DNA of 64,000 nucleotides from Bacteroidia bacterium (GTDB lineage: Bacteria > Bacteroidota > Bacteroidia > M30B66). The DNA lies in assembly GCA_965279035.1 (NCBI GenBank), contig OZ257142.1, forward strand, positions 1,792,001-1,856,000. Direction: 5' to 3'. This document shows positions 11,811 through 21,987 of the stretch, piece by piece (the first letter of the stretch is position 1; the number at the start of each line of letters is the position of its first letter). The notes beneath the pieces were generated by a model, which was not told the origin of the DNA, did no database searches, and was given only the letters and a program-made list of their open reading frames with translations. The position numbers and the translations under genes were made by a program.

Positions 11811-11820
11811 CTTTGTGAAA

Positions 11821-12204
11821 ATGAAATCGCTTTCGGGTTATTTGTTGCTGATGGTTTTCTGTCTGCGCTTCCTGCCATCGCTGGAAATGCACGACCATCG
11901 TACCTCCCATGAGCGATGCATTCAGGAGCATTTAGAACATCGCAATCAATATAGTTCTTGCGAATTGACTGAGGTCTTAGGATGGGATTTCGGAGGACAT
12001 TGTTCCGATAAAAATCACTTGAAAGAAACCCAAAAAGAATGCGCTTCTTGCGGTTTCGACTTTATTAAGAATTTCGATGCGGCTGTATTTTCAGTTCAAG
12101 AAGTAAGCACATTTCATTTAGCCAACATCGATTTTCCAATCGAAAATTGCTACTCCGGATTTACCTTATTGTTATGCAATAAAGGGCCGCCTGCCTTTGC
12201 CTGA
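11821..12204 (+). CDS. His/Cys-rich leader protein (DUF2946-like), putative translation-arrest regulator
   Basis: Hydrophobic N-terminus, His-rich segment, CASC (CxxC) and C-terminal NKGPPAFA*. It ends 49 nt before the TonB receptor ATG. Alternative GTG start at 11815. Confidence 0.65.
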   Translation: MKSLSGYLLLMVFCLRFLPSLEMHDHRTSHERCIQEHLEHRNQYSSCELTEVLGWDFGGHCSDKNHLKETQKECASCGFDFIKNFDAAVFSVQEVSTFHLANIDFPIENCYSGFTLLLCNKGPPAFA

Positions 12205-12253
12205 TATCAAATAGTACTATTCATTTCCTAATCAGGTCCAACAATTTTAAAGC

Positions 12254-14602
12254 ATGTCAATTCCATTTTCCTTTGGTAGGAAAGTGCTGACACTATTCCT
12301 GTTTCTATATATTCCTATGCATTATTGTAGTGCACAGGATTGTGACAGTCGTTTGTTTTTGCATTTCTCCAATCCTTCTGCAAAGCCCGTTGCAGTAAAA
12401 CTATTTTTCAAGAATTCAGAACGAACACTTTCGTTTAATTCATCCATAATGCTTTCTACATTATGTCCCGGACAATACCGCATTGTTTTGCTCCAAGCAG
12501 GATATCTTCCCTTGGATACGAGTTTCACACTGGCTAAATCTCTCGATTTAATTCTTCCACTTATTCCACGTGTGAAAGAATTGAAAGAACTTGAAATTCA
12601 TGAGGATCATCTCGATCAACAAGGGCGATTAACGCTGCAATCATCTCAACTGAATGCATCACAATGGCAAGCAAATGCAGGCAAACCATTGGGCGAAATG
12701 TTGAAGGAGGCGAGTGGAGTGAGTAGTTTGCAATCGGGTCCAACCATTTCGAAACCGGTCATTCATGGTTTACATAGCAATCGGGTAGTATTGATTAACA
12801 ATGGCATTCGGCTGGAAAGTCAGCAATGGGGCGCCGAACACGCTCCGGAGATTGATCCATTTAATGTTGTGAGTGCAACAGTTTTAAAAGGAGCTGCCAG
12901 TTTACGCTATGGTTCAGATGCGATAGCAGGCGTTGTATTACTTCAACCTAAAACGATGGATTTTGAGAAAGGCACACGAGGCGAAGTAGTTCTCAATGGA
13001 ATGAGCAATGGTAGAATGGGCGCTGCATCTGCACGAATTGAACATGCGTTTGGAGGGAAATTCAAAGGCATGGGAATTCGAATTCAAGGAACACTAAAAG
13101 ATGCAGGAAATATAAAAACACCTACCTATTATTTGAAAAATACAGGCATGTGTGAAAACGATGTTTCAGCGACTTGGATGTATACGAATAAACGTGTAGC
13201 AATGGAAATTTCTGGGTCGATTTTCAAAACTCAAATCGGGATTTTTACAGGTTCACATGTGGGGAATCTCAAAGACTTGGAAGCTGCTCTTCAAAGCGTT
13301 TTTCCTAAAGATTCTTCCGGATTCTCTCGCAAAATTGAACGTGGTTTTCAAGAAGTAAAACACGAAACATTCAAAGCACGTTTTTGCTATCATTTAAATG
13401 AATACAAACAGCTAGAAATTGTATACGGACTTCAACGCAATCACCGTCAAGAATACGATAGCGGCTTGCCTTTAAGTACCAATCCTGCGATATTAAATGC
13501 TGCTCAAGCCGACTTTTTAATTAGCACCAATACACTCGATGTTTTGTATTCTGAGAAGCTCAATGGGTTGTATTCATTGTCGATAGGAGCAAGTTTGCTG
13601 AGTCAAGGAAATGTGTTTAAAGGATTAGAATACCGTGCATTAATTCCCAATTTTCGAAACAATGGCGCAGGTAGTTTTATCGCGCTTTCGCGAAAGAAAA
13701 AAAGGTTGATTATCGAAGCTGGTTTACGTTACGATTATCGCTGGTTGGAGTGTTATCGATTGGATTATACAACACTCGAAACCTTTGCAACATTGCATCA
13801 ATTCCAAAATGGTTCCTTTTCACTTGGAGGCTTGTATCAATTCAACGAAAAGTTCAGCATACAGACAAATGTAGGTTCAGCATGGCGTGCACCCAACGTG
13901 AATGAATTATACGGAAACGGAGTTCATCAAAGTGCTGCTTCATTCGAAATTGGAGATAGTACTTTACTTAGCGAACGTGCTTATAATGCTATCATTTCAG
14001 GCCTTTGGGAAAGTAGTAAATCACGTTTCGAAATTGGAATTTATCGAAATCAACTAGATCATTTCATTTTCTTAAAACCACTTCTTGTCCCAGTAATTAC
14101 CATTGCCGGAGCTTATCCAGCCTTTCAACAAACTCAGGTAAATGCAGTATTCACTGGACTCGATTTCGATTTTAAAACCATCCTCTGGAGAAGTCTTAAA
14201 ATAGGAGGGAAGTTGGCTCTGATTCAAGGGTATAATCGAACAATTCATGATTATTTAGTCTACACTCCTTCGAACCGAGGAGACATGTTTTTGATGATCG
14301 AAGGCAATGCGAATGAACGTGGGAAAAAGTCCTATGTCAAGTTGAGTGCTCAGTATGTAGCTCGACAAAATCATGTACCATCGAATAGCGATTATGTAGC
14401 TCCCCCGGCAGACTATTTTCTGATGAATTTCGATGCTGGATTATCAGTAGGGAAGAAGCATCCAATCGATTTGGGATTTTCAATTTACAATGTATTCAAT
14501 ACACAATACCGAGAGTATTTAAATCGCTTTCGGTATTTTGCAAATGAGCAGGGACGATCGTTTGTTCTAAGAATTTCTGTCCCCTTTACTCTAAAAAAAT
14601 AA
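12254..14602 (+). CDS. TonB-dependent receptor, probable metal/heme uptake
   Basis: Plug motifs SKPVIHGLHSNRV, ESQQWGAEHAPEIDP and KGAASLRYGSDAIAGVV; barrel motifs GLRYD and WRAPNVNELYGNGVH; 782 aa. Confidence 0.9.
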   Translation: MSIPFSFGRKVLTLFLFLYIPMHYCSAQDCDSRLFLHFSNPSAKPVAVKLFFKNSERTLSFNSSIMLSTLCPGQYRIVLLQAGYLPLDTSFTLAKSLDLILPLIPRVKELKELEIHEDHLDQQGRLTLQSSQLNASQWQANAGKPLGEMLKEASGVSSLQSGPTISKPVIHGLHSNRVVLINNGIRLESQQWGAEHAPEIDPFNVVSATVLKGAASLRYGSDAIAGVVLLQPKTMDFEKGTRGEVVLNGMSNGRMGAASARIEHAFGGKFKGMGIRIQGTLKDAGNIKTPTYYLKNTGMCENDVSATWMYTNKRVAMEISGSIFKTQIGIFTGSHVGNLKDLEAALQSVFPKDSSGFSRKIERGFQEVKHETFKARFCYHLNEYKQLEIVYGLQRNHRQEYDSGLPLSTNPAILNAAQADFLISTNTLDVLYSEKLNGLYSLSIGASLLSQGNVFKGLEYRALIPNFRNNGAGSFIALSRKKKRLIIEAGLRYDYRWLECYRLDYTTLETFATLHQFQNGSFSLGGLYQFNEKFSIQTNVGSAWRAPNVNELYGNGVHQSAASFEIGDSTLLSERAYNAIISGLWESSKSRFEIGIYRNQLDHFIFLKPLLVPVITIAGAYPAFQQTQVNAVFTGLDFDFKTILWRSLKIGGKLALIQGYNRTIHDYLVYTPSNRGDMFLMIEGNANERGKKSYVKLSAQYVARQNHVPSNSDYVAPPADYFLMNFDAGLSVGKKHPIDLGFSIYNVFNTQYREYLNRFRYFANEQGRSFVLRISVPFTLKK

Positions 14603-14605
14603 ACC

Positions 14606-15184
14606 ATGAAAAATCATAAACGCTTTTGGAATATCATTTTTTCAATTTCCATTCTATTTGGAATGAATGGGTGTAAAAAGGACGAACAAGTTGTTTCTCC
14701 ACCTTTACCCGGAAATGAATTAATCACAACGGTGAAACTACAATTTATCAGTAGTGATCAGGCTGATACAATTCAAGCTGTGTGGCGCGATTTAACTCCA
14801 AACGACATCAATCCTCCGGATACGAGTGCCGCTGTAATTTCACTGCGTGCGAATAAATCCTATCAAGCAGAAATTGCTTTTTGGGATGAAACAAAATCTC
14901 CAGCAGTCGACTTAACTCCTGAGATTAAACAACGCGGTAATTATCACCGAATCTTTTATTTTTCTTCTAGCCTTTTGGGAAATAATCTCGTATTCATCAT
15001 CAACGATTTTGACACGAATTCTCCACCTTTGGCATTAGGAATTTCATCTACATGTACAACGCATGATGTATCTTCGGGCTTCCTAAATGTTATTTTAAAA
15101 CATCAACCTAACGTAAAAGATGGCACATTTGCACCCGGTTCAATTGATCTCGATGTGAATTTTCAAGTGTCTATTCAACCTTAA
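14606..15184 (+). CDS. Lipoprotein of the type commonly co-encoded with metal TonB receptors
   Basis: Lipobox-like MNGCKKD; motifs ELITTVKLQF and LKHQP; 3 nt after the receptor stop. Confidence 0.75.
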   Translation: MKNHKRFWNIIFSISILFGMNGCKKDEQVVSPPLPGNELITTVKLQFISSDQADTIQAVWRDLTPNDINPPDTSAAVISLRANKSYQAEIAFWDETKSPAVDLTPEIKQRGNYHRIFYFSSSLLGNNLVFIINDFDTNSPPLALGISSTCTTHDVSSGFLNVILKHQPNVKDGTFAPGSIDLDVNFQVSIQP

Positions 15185-15193
15185 TTCTCCGCA

Positions 15194-15904
15194 ATGAAAA
15201 AAATATTCTTAACAAGCTTTCTTTTTTGCTCTCTTATTTCATGGGCGCAAACCGACAAAGGAACCTACTTTATAGACCTTACAGCAGGTGTAGCTTTTGC
15301 TTCTGGCAATTTCATCAAAACCGATTATGCCGATTCCACTTCTGGATTTGCGCAATCGACCGGTTTGGCTATTCAGTGGAAATCGGGTGTTTTTATTCGA
15401 AAGAATTTTTCGATCAATATGGTCATTGGTTCAAACCAATTTGGAATTGCTGAATTGCAGAAAATGGCCGATGGATTTTTGAGCGATTTTAATGTGGATA
15501 GCACCACCGTTACTGTGAAAGGAAAATATGCAAGTGCGAATTATTTGTTAGGTCCTTCTTATTCATATCCTCTAGGGAAATTGATTCTCGATGCACATGT
15601 TTTAGCTGGAATTTCCACCTTGCAAATACCTCAAATGAAGGTTGATTTGGAAGATAATACCAGTGCAACGTTTTATCAGAAGAAATCAAGCGGGATAGGA
15701 TTTGGATTGCAATCCGGTATTGGAATAAAATACTTCTTAGGAGAACATTTCGCTTTAAGTTTTAACGGTGATTATTTACTAGCTAAACCCAAAGTCAGCA
15801 TCGAAAACGAAAACAGAACCAATACTGCGGGCAGGTATTTAAGAACCTATCAGCAATCGATTGGTGGCATTTCAGCTAAACTGGGATTGACGTATGTTTT
15901 TTAA
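15194..15904 (+). CDS. Outer-membrane beta-barrel protein
   Basis: Signal peptide ending SWAQ, amphipathic strands, terminal LGLTYVF. Confidence 0.75.
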   Translation: MKKIFLTSFLFCSLISWAQTDKGTYFIDLTAGVAFASGNFIKTDYADSTSGFAQSTGLAIQWKSGVFIRKNFSINMVIGSNQFGIAELQKMADGFLSDFNVDSTTVTVKGKYASANYLLGPSYSYPLGKLILDAHVLAGISTLQIPQMKVDLEDNTSATFYQKKSSGIGFGLQSGIGIKYFLGEHFALSFNGDYLLAKPKVSIENENRTNTAGRYLRTYQQSIGGISAKLGLTYVF

Positions 15905-15977
15905 TTGATAATCGCTGTTGATTCATGCGCGATGGTATATTTTCTATGAGGATGTTTGTGCTGCATAAGTTGAATCA

Positions 15978-17447
15978 ATGAGAGAAATAGTTCAATCGAA
16001 GTATCGTAAACTATTGCTGTTAGGATTGCTTGTGTATATTCTAACAGCGGTTTTTAGTATTGGATATTTTCATCCAGATGAGCATTTTCAAATTCTGGAA
16101 TTTTGTCAGTATAAATTAGGGAAATCTCCCCTGAGCGATTTACCTTGGGAATACAACGAACACATGCGTCCCGCTTTGCAGCCAAGCATGGTTTTTATTC
16201 TTATTAAATTCCTACAACTCTTCCAGCTTCAAAATCCATTTTACATAGCTAGTATTTTACGATTATTAAGTGGGATTTTAACTTGGTTTGTCACTTCTAT
16301 TTTAGCAATACAGCTCCTATCTAATTTTAAAACAGAAAAGGGAAAACGAAAATTTCTTTTAGCTACTTATTTCCTGTGGTTTATTCCTTTTTTAAGTGTT
16401 CGATTTTCTTCCGAAAATTTTGCAGCCATTTTCCTGCTTGCTTCCTTGATTGTTTTTTTTAGAATTTCCCCCAATAGTAAATCGTATGTCAACTATGTAT
16501 GGGTAGGAATTTTATTGGGACTTTCTTTTTTCTTTCGATTTCAAATGGGCTTCGCCCTTCTTGGAATTGCCGCCTGGTTGCTATTCATACGACAATTAGC
16601 ATTTCGAAGTATACTTATCATTGCCATCGGTGGAGTATTATCCATAGCCTTTGGAACACTCGTCGATCGTTGGTTTTATGGCGAATGGGTGTGCACTCCT
16701 TATCAGTATTTCTTTGCCAATATCATTCAAAATAAAGCAGCCAAATTTGGGACAGAACCAATCTGGTATTATTTCAATTCCTTTTTTATTTCAGCCATTC
16801 CACCCATTAGCATTTTGCTTTTTATATTCTTATGCATTGGTTCTAAAAACAATAAAAAGGATATATTTTTATGGATACTCATTCCATTTGTCCTTGCGCA
16901 TTCGCTTGTTGCTCATAAAGAAATGCGTTTTTTATTTCCTCTCATTTTTGGATTTATTTATTTAAGTGCATTGGGTTTAGATTCTATTTATCACCAATCG
17001 AAACATCTCAAATGGTGGAAATTATTTTTGCGCTTAGTGCTGATAATTAATATTCCAATTCTCTGCATTCGTTGCCTGATGCCCGCTAACGAATCCGTTG
17101 CGTATTATCGCTATATGTACAATCAGTATAACGAAAAACCAATAACCATTTTGAGTAGAGAAAAGGAACTCTATTTCTTGAAAACGAATTTCTATAAAAC
17201 TCCCGGTGTACACTCTCTCCAACTCGAAAATGATACTGCTATACGAGCCTTTTTATTGGAGAAAAATCCCAAATCAATCCTCCTGTTTGAATCCGAATTG
17301 AAAAATGGAACAATTCAATATCCCGGCTATAAACGCGAATTAAACTTTTGCTTATTTCCGCAATGGATTCTCGATAATAATCTAAATAATTGGCAAAGCA
17401 GATCGCGCATTTGGAGCATTTGGGAATTGAAAAGAATAGAGGATTGA
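15978..17447 (+). CDS. GT22-like (PIG-B/Alg9 family) membrane mannosyltransferase
   Basis: HPDEHFQILE, PWEY and AHKEMRFLFP motifs; polytopic membrane protein. Confidence 0.8.
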   Translation: MREIVQSKYRKLLLLGLLVYILTAVFSIGYFHPDEHFQILEFCQYKLGKSPLSDLPWEYNEHMRPALQPSMVFILIKFLQLFQLQNPFYIASILRLLSGILTWFVTSILAIQLLSNFKTEKGKRKFLLATYFLWFIPFLSVRFSSENFAAIFLLASLIVFFRISPNSKSYVNYVWVGILLGLSFFFRFQMGFALLGIAAWLLFIRQLAFRSILIIAIGGVLSIAFGTLVDRWFYGEWVCTPYQYFFANIIQNKAAKFGTEPIWYYFNSFFISAIPPISILLFIFLCIGSKNNKKDIFLWILIPFVLAHSLVAHKEMRFLFPLIFGFIYLSALGLDSIYHQSKHLKWWKLFLRLVLIINIPILCIRCLMPANESVAYYRYMYNQYNEKPITILSREKELYFLKTNFYKTPGVHSLQLENDTAIRAFLLEKNPKSILLFESELKNGTIQYPGYKRELNFCLFPQWILDNNLNNWQSRSRIWSIWELKRIED

Positions 17448-17559
17448 ACACGTGAAGGGTTAAAATTATCCTCACATAATAATTATAATTAAACCCAATA
17501 TTCAATGATAGTGTTAAGCTTTATTATTAGAAGATTAAATTATTAATTAGGTTTAGAAT

Positions 17560-18660
17560 TGAAACGGATCTTGCGATATTAGCATCTAGGCTGAAACCTC
17601 ACCCCCGGCCTCTCTCCACCGGGAGAGGGGAGTTTATTAAGGTACTTTTGCTGGTCTGCTTCTAAGTGTTTCGCATTTGAAAATTCAATTTCTATTACAG
17701 TTGAATGATTTACAGTAAATTGAATCTAGCTCAAAAAGTAGGATGTAAACACGGATTTAGTGCGCTAGCCTGTCTGGGCGGCGAGGCAGCGTTTCGCCAT
17801 TCCTTAGAAAAATATAGCTCTTAGCACATAGGGCGAAAAAAGGCTTTGCGCGCTGAAGCATCGTCCAGACTTGAATTTCTTTGCATGCACGCTGAGCTTG
17901 TCGAAGCGTGTTTCAAGACAAGAAAGTACCACGTCGTAGACATTCATGTACAGCCCAAAAGAAAACTGAATCTCGAATTTCCCAGAATGATTATTAATAT
18001 TTAAATGTAAACACGGATCTAATTCGATAGGAGACCTCACCCCCAGCCCCTCTCCTTCCCGTAGGGACCACTAAGTGGCAGGAGAGGGGAGTTTGTTACG
18101 TTACTTGTGCTGTTCAGAATGAGCGGTCAGACTGCACTTCTCATTTTTAGAAAAATTCAATTCTAATACAGTTAAATGATTTTATTAAATAGAATCTAGC
18201 TCAAATTGTAGGATGCAAACACGTATCAAGTGCGCTGGCCTGTCTGGGCGGCGAGGCAGCGTTTCGCCATTCCTTAGAAAAATATAGCTCTTAGCACAAT
18301 GGGCGAAAGAAGGCATTGTGCGCAAGCAGCATCGTCCAGACTTGAACTTCTTTATTCGTAAGTGTTTATTTTATAAAGGAACTCATGAGGGCTTCGCCGT
18401 TGCTTCCTTTCTTGTATCAAGACAAGAAAGGAAGACGTCGTAGACATTCATGTAATGACTCAAAAGAAAACTAAATTTCGAATTTCAATGAATGTTTATT
18501 GATACTAAAATGCAAAATCGAATCTTTGCAATTGCCCGTCATGCCGGTGAGGAAGTATCTTCAAGACTTGTGAATGTAAGTTGAAATTTTTCGAAGAGTT
18601 TATAAAAGCATATTTCAAGACAAGAAAGGAATACGTCTTAGACAAACATGAATGATTAAT
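17560..18660. repeat. Tandem duplication of a 440-500-bp non-coding structured unit plus a partial third copy, with embedded REP-like hairpins
   Basis: A 61-nt identical core lies at 17768-17828 and 18238-18298. CCTCACCCCC..CTCTCC..GGAGAGGGG hairpins start at 17597 and 18035. TCAAGACAAGAAAG..ACGTC.TAGACA occurs at ~17913, ~18417 and ~18615. Confidence 0.85.
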
Positions 18661-18722
18661 TGAAATAAAGCTGCCAAAGGTTTATTTTATCAATATCATA
18701 TAGAATTTCAAAAGCAAACAGT

Positions 18723-19265
18723 TTAATTAACCTCAATTAATTTCATTAACTCTGATTCCTGTCTTTTAAGCATTTCTAACTCATGTTTCCACTTGAAATA
18801 CAGTTTTGAAGCATTGGGCATTTCATATTTCTTCACTTCTTTTTTCTTTAATCTTAAAACGAGATTTCTCGCTTCTATTGGTTCTATTGTATTTCGACTT
18901 AATACTTCAATGGCTGTTTCTAATCGATATTTATAATCCCAGGTTTTTTCTAGTTTCTCAATCTTTTTTTCAATGGAATAAATAGTATGTTTTATTCTTC
19001 CTAATAATTTCTTTATTTCTAATTCATTTAAATCAGGTAGTGCTTTCTTTTCTAAATGCCATGCAGGATTTTCTTTCTCATGTTTTTGATACAAATCTAT
19101 TATTGAATAATATTTATGCTTCGCTGAATCACTTAAAGTATATTTATTCCGATCGTTTCTCGCAATTACACTTCGAGCTACTTCAATTAACATAGCTAAT
19201 TCATGTTGTTTTAGCCCCAGTGTTTCACGTTGAACTTTTCTTTCATAAGGTATACGGTCTTTCAT
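18723..19265 (-). CDS. XRE-like helix-turn-helix protein with coiled-coil C-terminus
   Basis: QRETLGLKQHELAMLIEVARSVIAR resembles the XRE HTH; K/E-rich helical tail; very AT-rich. Confidence 0.6.
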   Translation of the reverse strand: MKDRIPYERKVQRETLGLKQHELAMLIEVARSVIARNDRNKYTLSDSAKHKYYSIIDLYQKHEKENPAWHLEKKALPDLNELEIKKLLGRIKHTIYSIEKKIEKLEKTWDYKYRLETAIEVLSRNTIEPIEARNLVLRLKKKEVKKYEMPNASKLYFKWKHELEMLKRQESELMKLIEVN

Positions 19266-19290
19266 AATCTATTTTTAAATGAAATTAAGG

Positions 19291-19412
19291 AATGCTTGGA
19301 ACATTTCAAAAGAATGGATTCAAGATGTTCTAATGAAAGAACATTTATTAATGATATCGTTCAGAATGTTCTGAATTTGGAACATTTTATATTTGTAATT
19401 ACTGGAATGTTC
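19291..19412. promoter_or_regulatory. Putative operator array, ATGTTC-N8-GAACAT
   Basis: Inverted repeats at 19324-19345 and 19365-19386, plus half-sites near 19299 and 19406, between divergent genes. Confidence 0.5.
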
Positions 19413-19479
19413 TAATTGTAATCGTTATTGATAGTGTATCTTATAAAAATCATTGTTTCGAAAACATTTTTCGAAGCCG

Positions 19480-19487
19480 TATGTTTG
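19480..19487 (+). promoter_or_regulatory. Bacteroidota sigma-A -7 element
   Basis: TATGTTTG, 24 nt before the ATG at 19512. Confidence 0.55.
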
Positions 19488-19511
19488 AAGCGGCAAATCT
19501 TTCTTCAATAT

Positions 19512-21962
19512 ATGTTAATACGTGCTACACTTCTTTTACTTTTTCTAATTTCAACCACCACATTTGCCCAAAACACCGGCTCTATTCAAGGAACCGTGAA
19601 AGATAAAAACACTCAGGAAACTCTCGTTGGAGCTACGATCCAATTAGAAAATACCACCTTGGGTGTGAATACCGATATTGATGGAAACTTCAAACTCAGC
19701 AACATTCCGGTGGGTAGTTATGCCGTTAAAGCAACGCTTGTTGGATATAAACCACTTACCAAATTCAACATCAATATCACTTCTGGAAACGCCATCGTGC
19801 TCAGCTTTGAACTCGAATCTTCATCAACCGATCTCAAAGAAGTTGAAATAACTTTCGATAAAAATCGCTCTGCTGCAGCTGTCGATATGGTTACTCCTTT
19901 ATCTGTTCAAACGCTCACTACCGAAGAAATTCGTAGCAATCCGGGTGGGAATTTTGATATATCTAAAGTAGTGCAAGTATTACCCGGCGTAGCTGGTGCT
20001 GCAGGTGCCTCGTTTCGTAACGACATTATCATTCGTGGTGGCGCTCCTAACGAAAATGTATATTATCTCGATGGCATCGAAATTCCAGTCCTAAACCACT
20101 TTCAAACACAAGGGAGTTCTGGTGGTCCTGCAGGTATGTTAAATGTGTCGTTCATTGAAGATGTAAAACTCAGCTCCTCTGCATTCGACGCGCGTTTTGA
20201 TAATGCAATGGCTTCTGTTTTTCAATTCAAACAACGTCAAGGAAACCAAGACCGCATCTCCGGAAACGTGCGAACCAGCTCAACCGAAGTGGCAACTACA
20301 CTCGAAGGTCCCATTAATAAGAAAACCAATTTCCTCGTTTCAGGGCGACGTTCGTATTTGCAGCTTTTATTCAAAGCCATCGACTTACCCATTCGTCCCA
20401 ATTACTGGGATTTTCAATACAAAGTCACGCATAAAATCAACGATAAAACTACACTCACGGCTTTGGGAATTGGTGCAATAGACCAGTTTTCATTGGCTGT
20501 TCCGCGCAAATCGACACCCGATAATACCTATATTTTAAATGCTACACCAACCATCAATCAATGGAATTACACGGTTGGTTTTGGTGTAAAACGATTGATA
20601 AAACATGGATTTATCAATATAACGGCAAGTCGGAATATGTTTAATAATAACATCGACCGATTTGAGAATAAACAAGATGGCGATGAGAGCAAACGCATTT
20701 TAAAAATTCGTTCTCAGGAAATTGAAAATAAATTCCGATTCGATGTCAATACCTTTAAAAACGGATGGAAGATATCTTATGGTGTGATGTTGCAGTACGT
20801 GAAATTCAATAATGAATTATACAATCGTTTAGTTAAACAGCAACAAATAATCAATCCGCAATCGGGCGATACGATTACAGTTCCACAAGTTTTATTGCAG
20901 TATAATTCGAATATTGAATTCTTTAAATACGGTGCATTTGGACAAATTTCTAAACGCTTTTTTAAAGAGAAATTCTTGGTCAGCGCCGGATTAAGAACCG
21001 ACATGAATTCCTTTACCAGCACTGGAAATAATCCTGGAAAAACACTTTCGCCGCGTGTGTCAATCTCATGGAATTTCCTTCCTAAATGGAATTTAAATGC
21101 ATCAGTTGGGACCTATTATAAAATTCCAACTTACACCGTTTTAGGATTCCGCGATTCGTTGAATGTTACGGTAAATGCAGGTTCTAGCTATATTCGATCA
21201 ACGCATTATGTTACAGGATTTGAGTATTTACCGAAGGAAGATTTACGTTTTACACTCGAAGGATTTTATAAGAAATATTCGAACTATCCGGTGTCGTTGC
21301 GTGATGGTATTTCGTTGGCTAATCAAGGTGGTGGTTTCGATGTACTCGGAAATGAGCCTGTTACCAGCATTGGCGGTGGCGAAACCTATGGATTAGAATT
21401 TTATGTGCAACAAAAATTGACCAAGAAAACCTTTGCTGTATTAAGCTACACGCTAGTACGTTCGCGCTTTTCAGGGACCAATGGGAAATTAATTTCTTCG
21501 GCTTGGGATTATCGCAATTTATTTTCGGCATTAGTAGGTCGCAAATTCAAACGTGGTTGGGAAGTGGGAATTAAATATCGTTTCGCGGGTGGAGCGCCTT
21601 ACACGCCTTTCGATATGCCTGCATCGCAATTAAATTTCGCTACTACGGGTACTGGAATTTTAAATTACTCTCAACTCAATACTTTACGATTAATCAACTT
21701 TAATCAGTTCGATATCCGTATCGATAAGAAGATTTATTTCAAGCGCGCCACACTCGATTTATACATGGATGTGACCAATGCTGCCGGTTTTGCGAATCCT
21801 TCTTTGCCTAATTATTCTTTCAAACGTAACGCTGATAATTCGGGCTTCGAAACCACCGATGGTCAAGCATTGAAGCAAGATGGCTCGAATGGAATTCCAG
21901 TTTTATTGCAAGATCAATCGGCTTTAGTAACTCCTTCGATCGGCTTTATTTTCGAATTTTAA
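19512..21962 (+). CDS. TonB-dependent receptor with N-terminal CarboxypepD_reg-like domain
   Basis: Signal peptide (TTFAQ), SIQGTVKDKNTQETLVGATI, plug IIIRGGAPNENVYYLDGIEI and terminal FIFEF. Start moved from TTG 19428 to ATG 19512 because of the promoter and signal peptide positions. Confidence 0.9.
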   Translation: MLIRATLLLLFLISTTTFAQNTGSIQGTVKDKNTQETLVGATIQLENTTLGVNTDIDGNFKLSNIPVGSYAVKATLVGYKPLTKFNINITSGNAIVLSFELESSSTDLKEVEITFDKNRSAAAVDMVTPLSVQTLTTEEIRSNPGGNFDISKVVQVLPGVAGAAGASFRNDIIIRGGAPNENVYYLDGIEIPVLNHFQTQGSSGGPAGMLNVSFIEDVKLSSSAFDARFDNAMASVFQFKQRQGNQDRISGNVRTSSTEVATTLEGPINKKTNFLVSGRRSYLQLLFKAIDLPIRPNYWDFQYKVTHKINDKTTLTALGIGAIDQFSLAVPRKSTPDNTYILNATPTINQWNYTVGFGVKRLIKHGFINITASRNMFNNNIDRFENKQDGDESKRILKIRSQEIENKFRFDVNTFKNGWKISYGVMLQYVKFNNELYNRLVKQQQIINPQSGDTITVPQVLLQYNSNIEFFKYGAFGQISKRFFKEKFLVSAGLRTDMNSFTSTGNNPGKTLSPRVSISWNFLPKWNLNASVGTYYKIPTYTVLGFRDSLNVTVNAGSSYIRSTHYVTGFEYLPKEDLRFTLEGFYKKYSNYPVSLRDGISLANQGGGFDVLGNEPVTSIGGGETYGLEFYVQQKLTKKTFAVLSYTLVRSRFSGTNGKLISSAWDYRNLFSALVGRKFKRGWEVGIKYRFAGGAPYTPFDMPASQLNFATTGTGILNYSQLNTLRLINFNQFDIRIDKKIYFKRATLDLYMDVTNAAGFANPSLPNYSFKRNADNSGFETTDGQALKQDGSNGIPVLLQDQSALVTPSIGFIFEF

Positions 21963-21987
21963 ATTCATAAACGCATTTTCTATCTTA

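Noticed and set aside
17760-17875. Hammerhead or HDV ribozyme assignment for the duplicated core
   Set aside because: No CUGANGA core, and helix sizes do not fit HDV; kept only as an unclassified structure.
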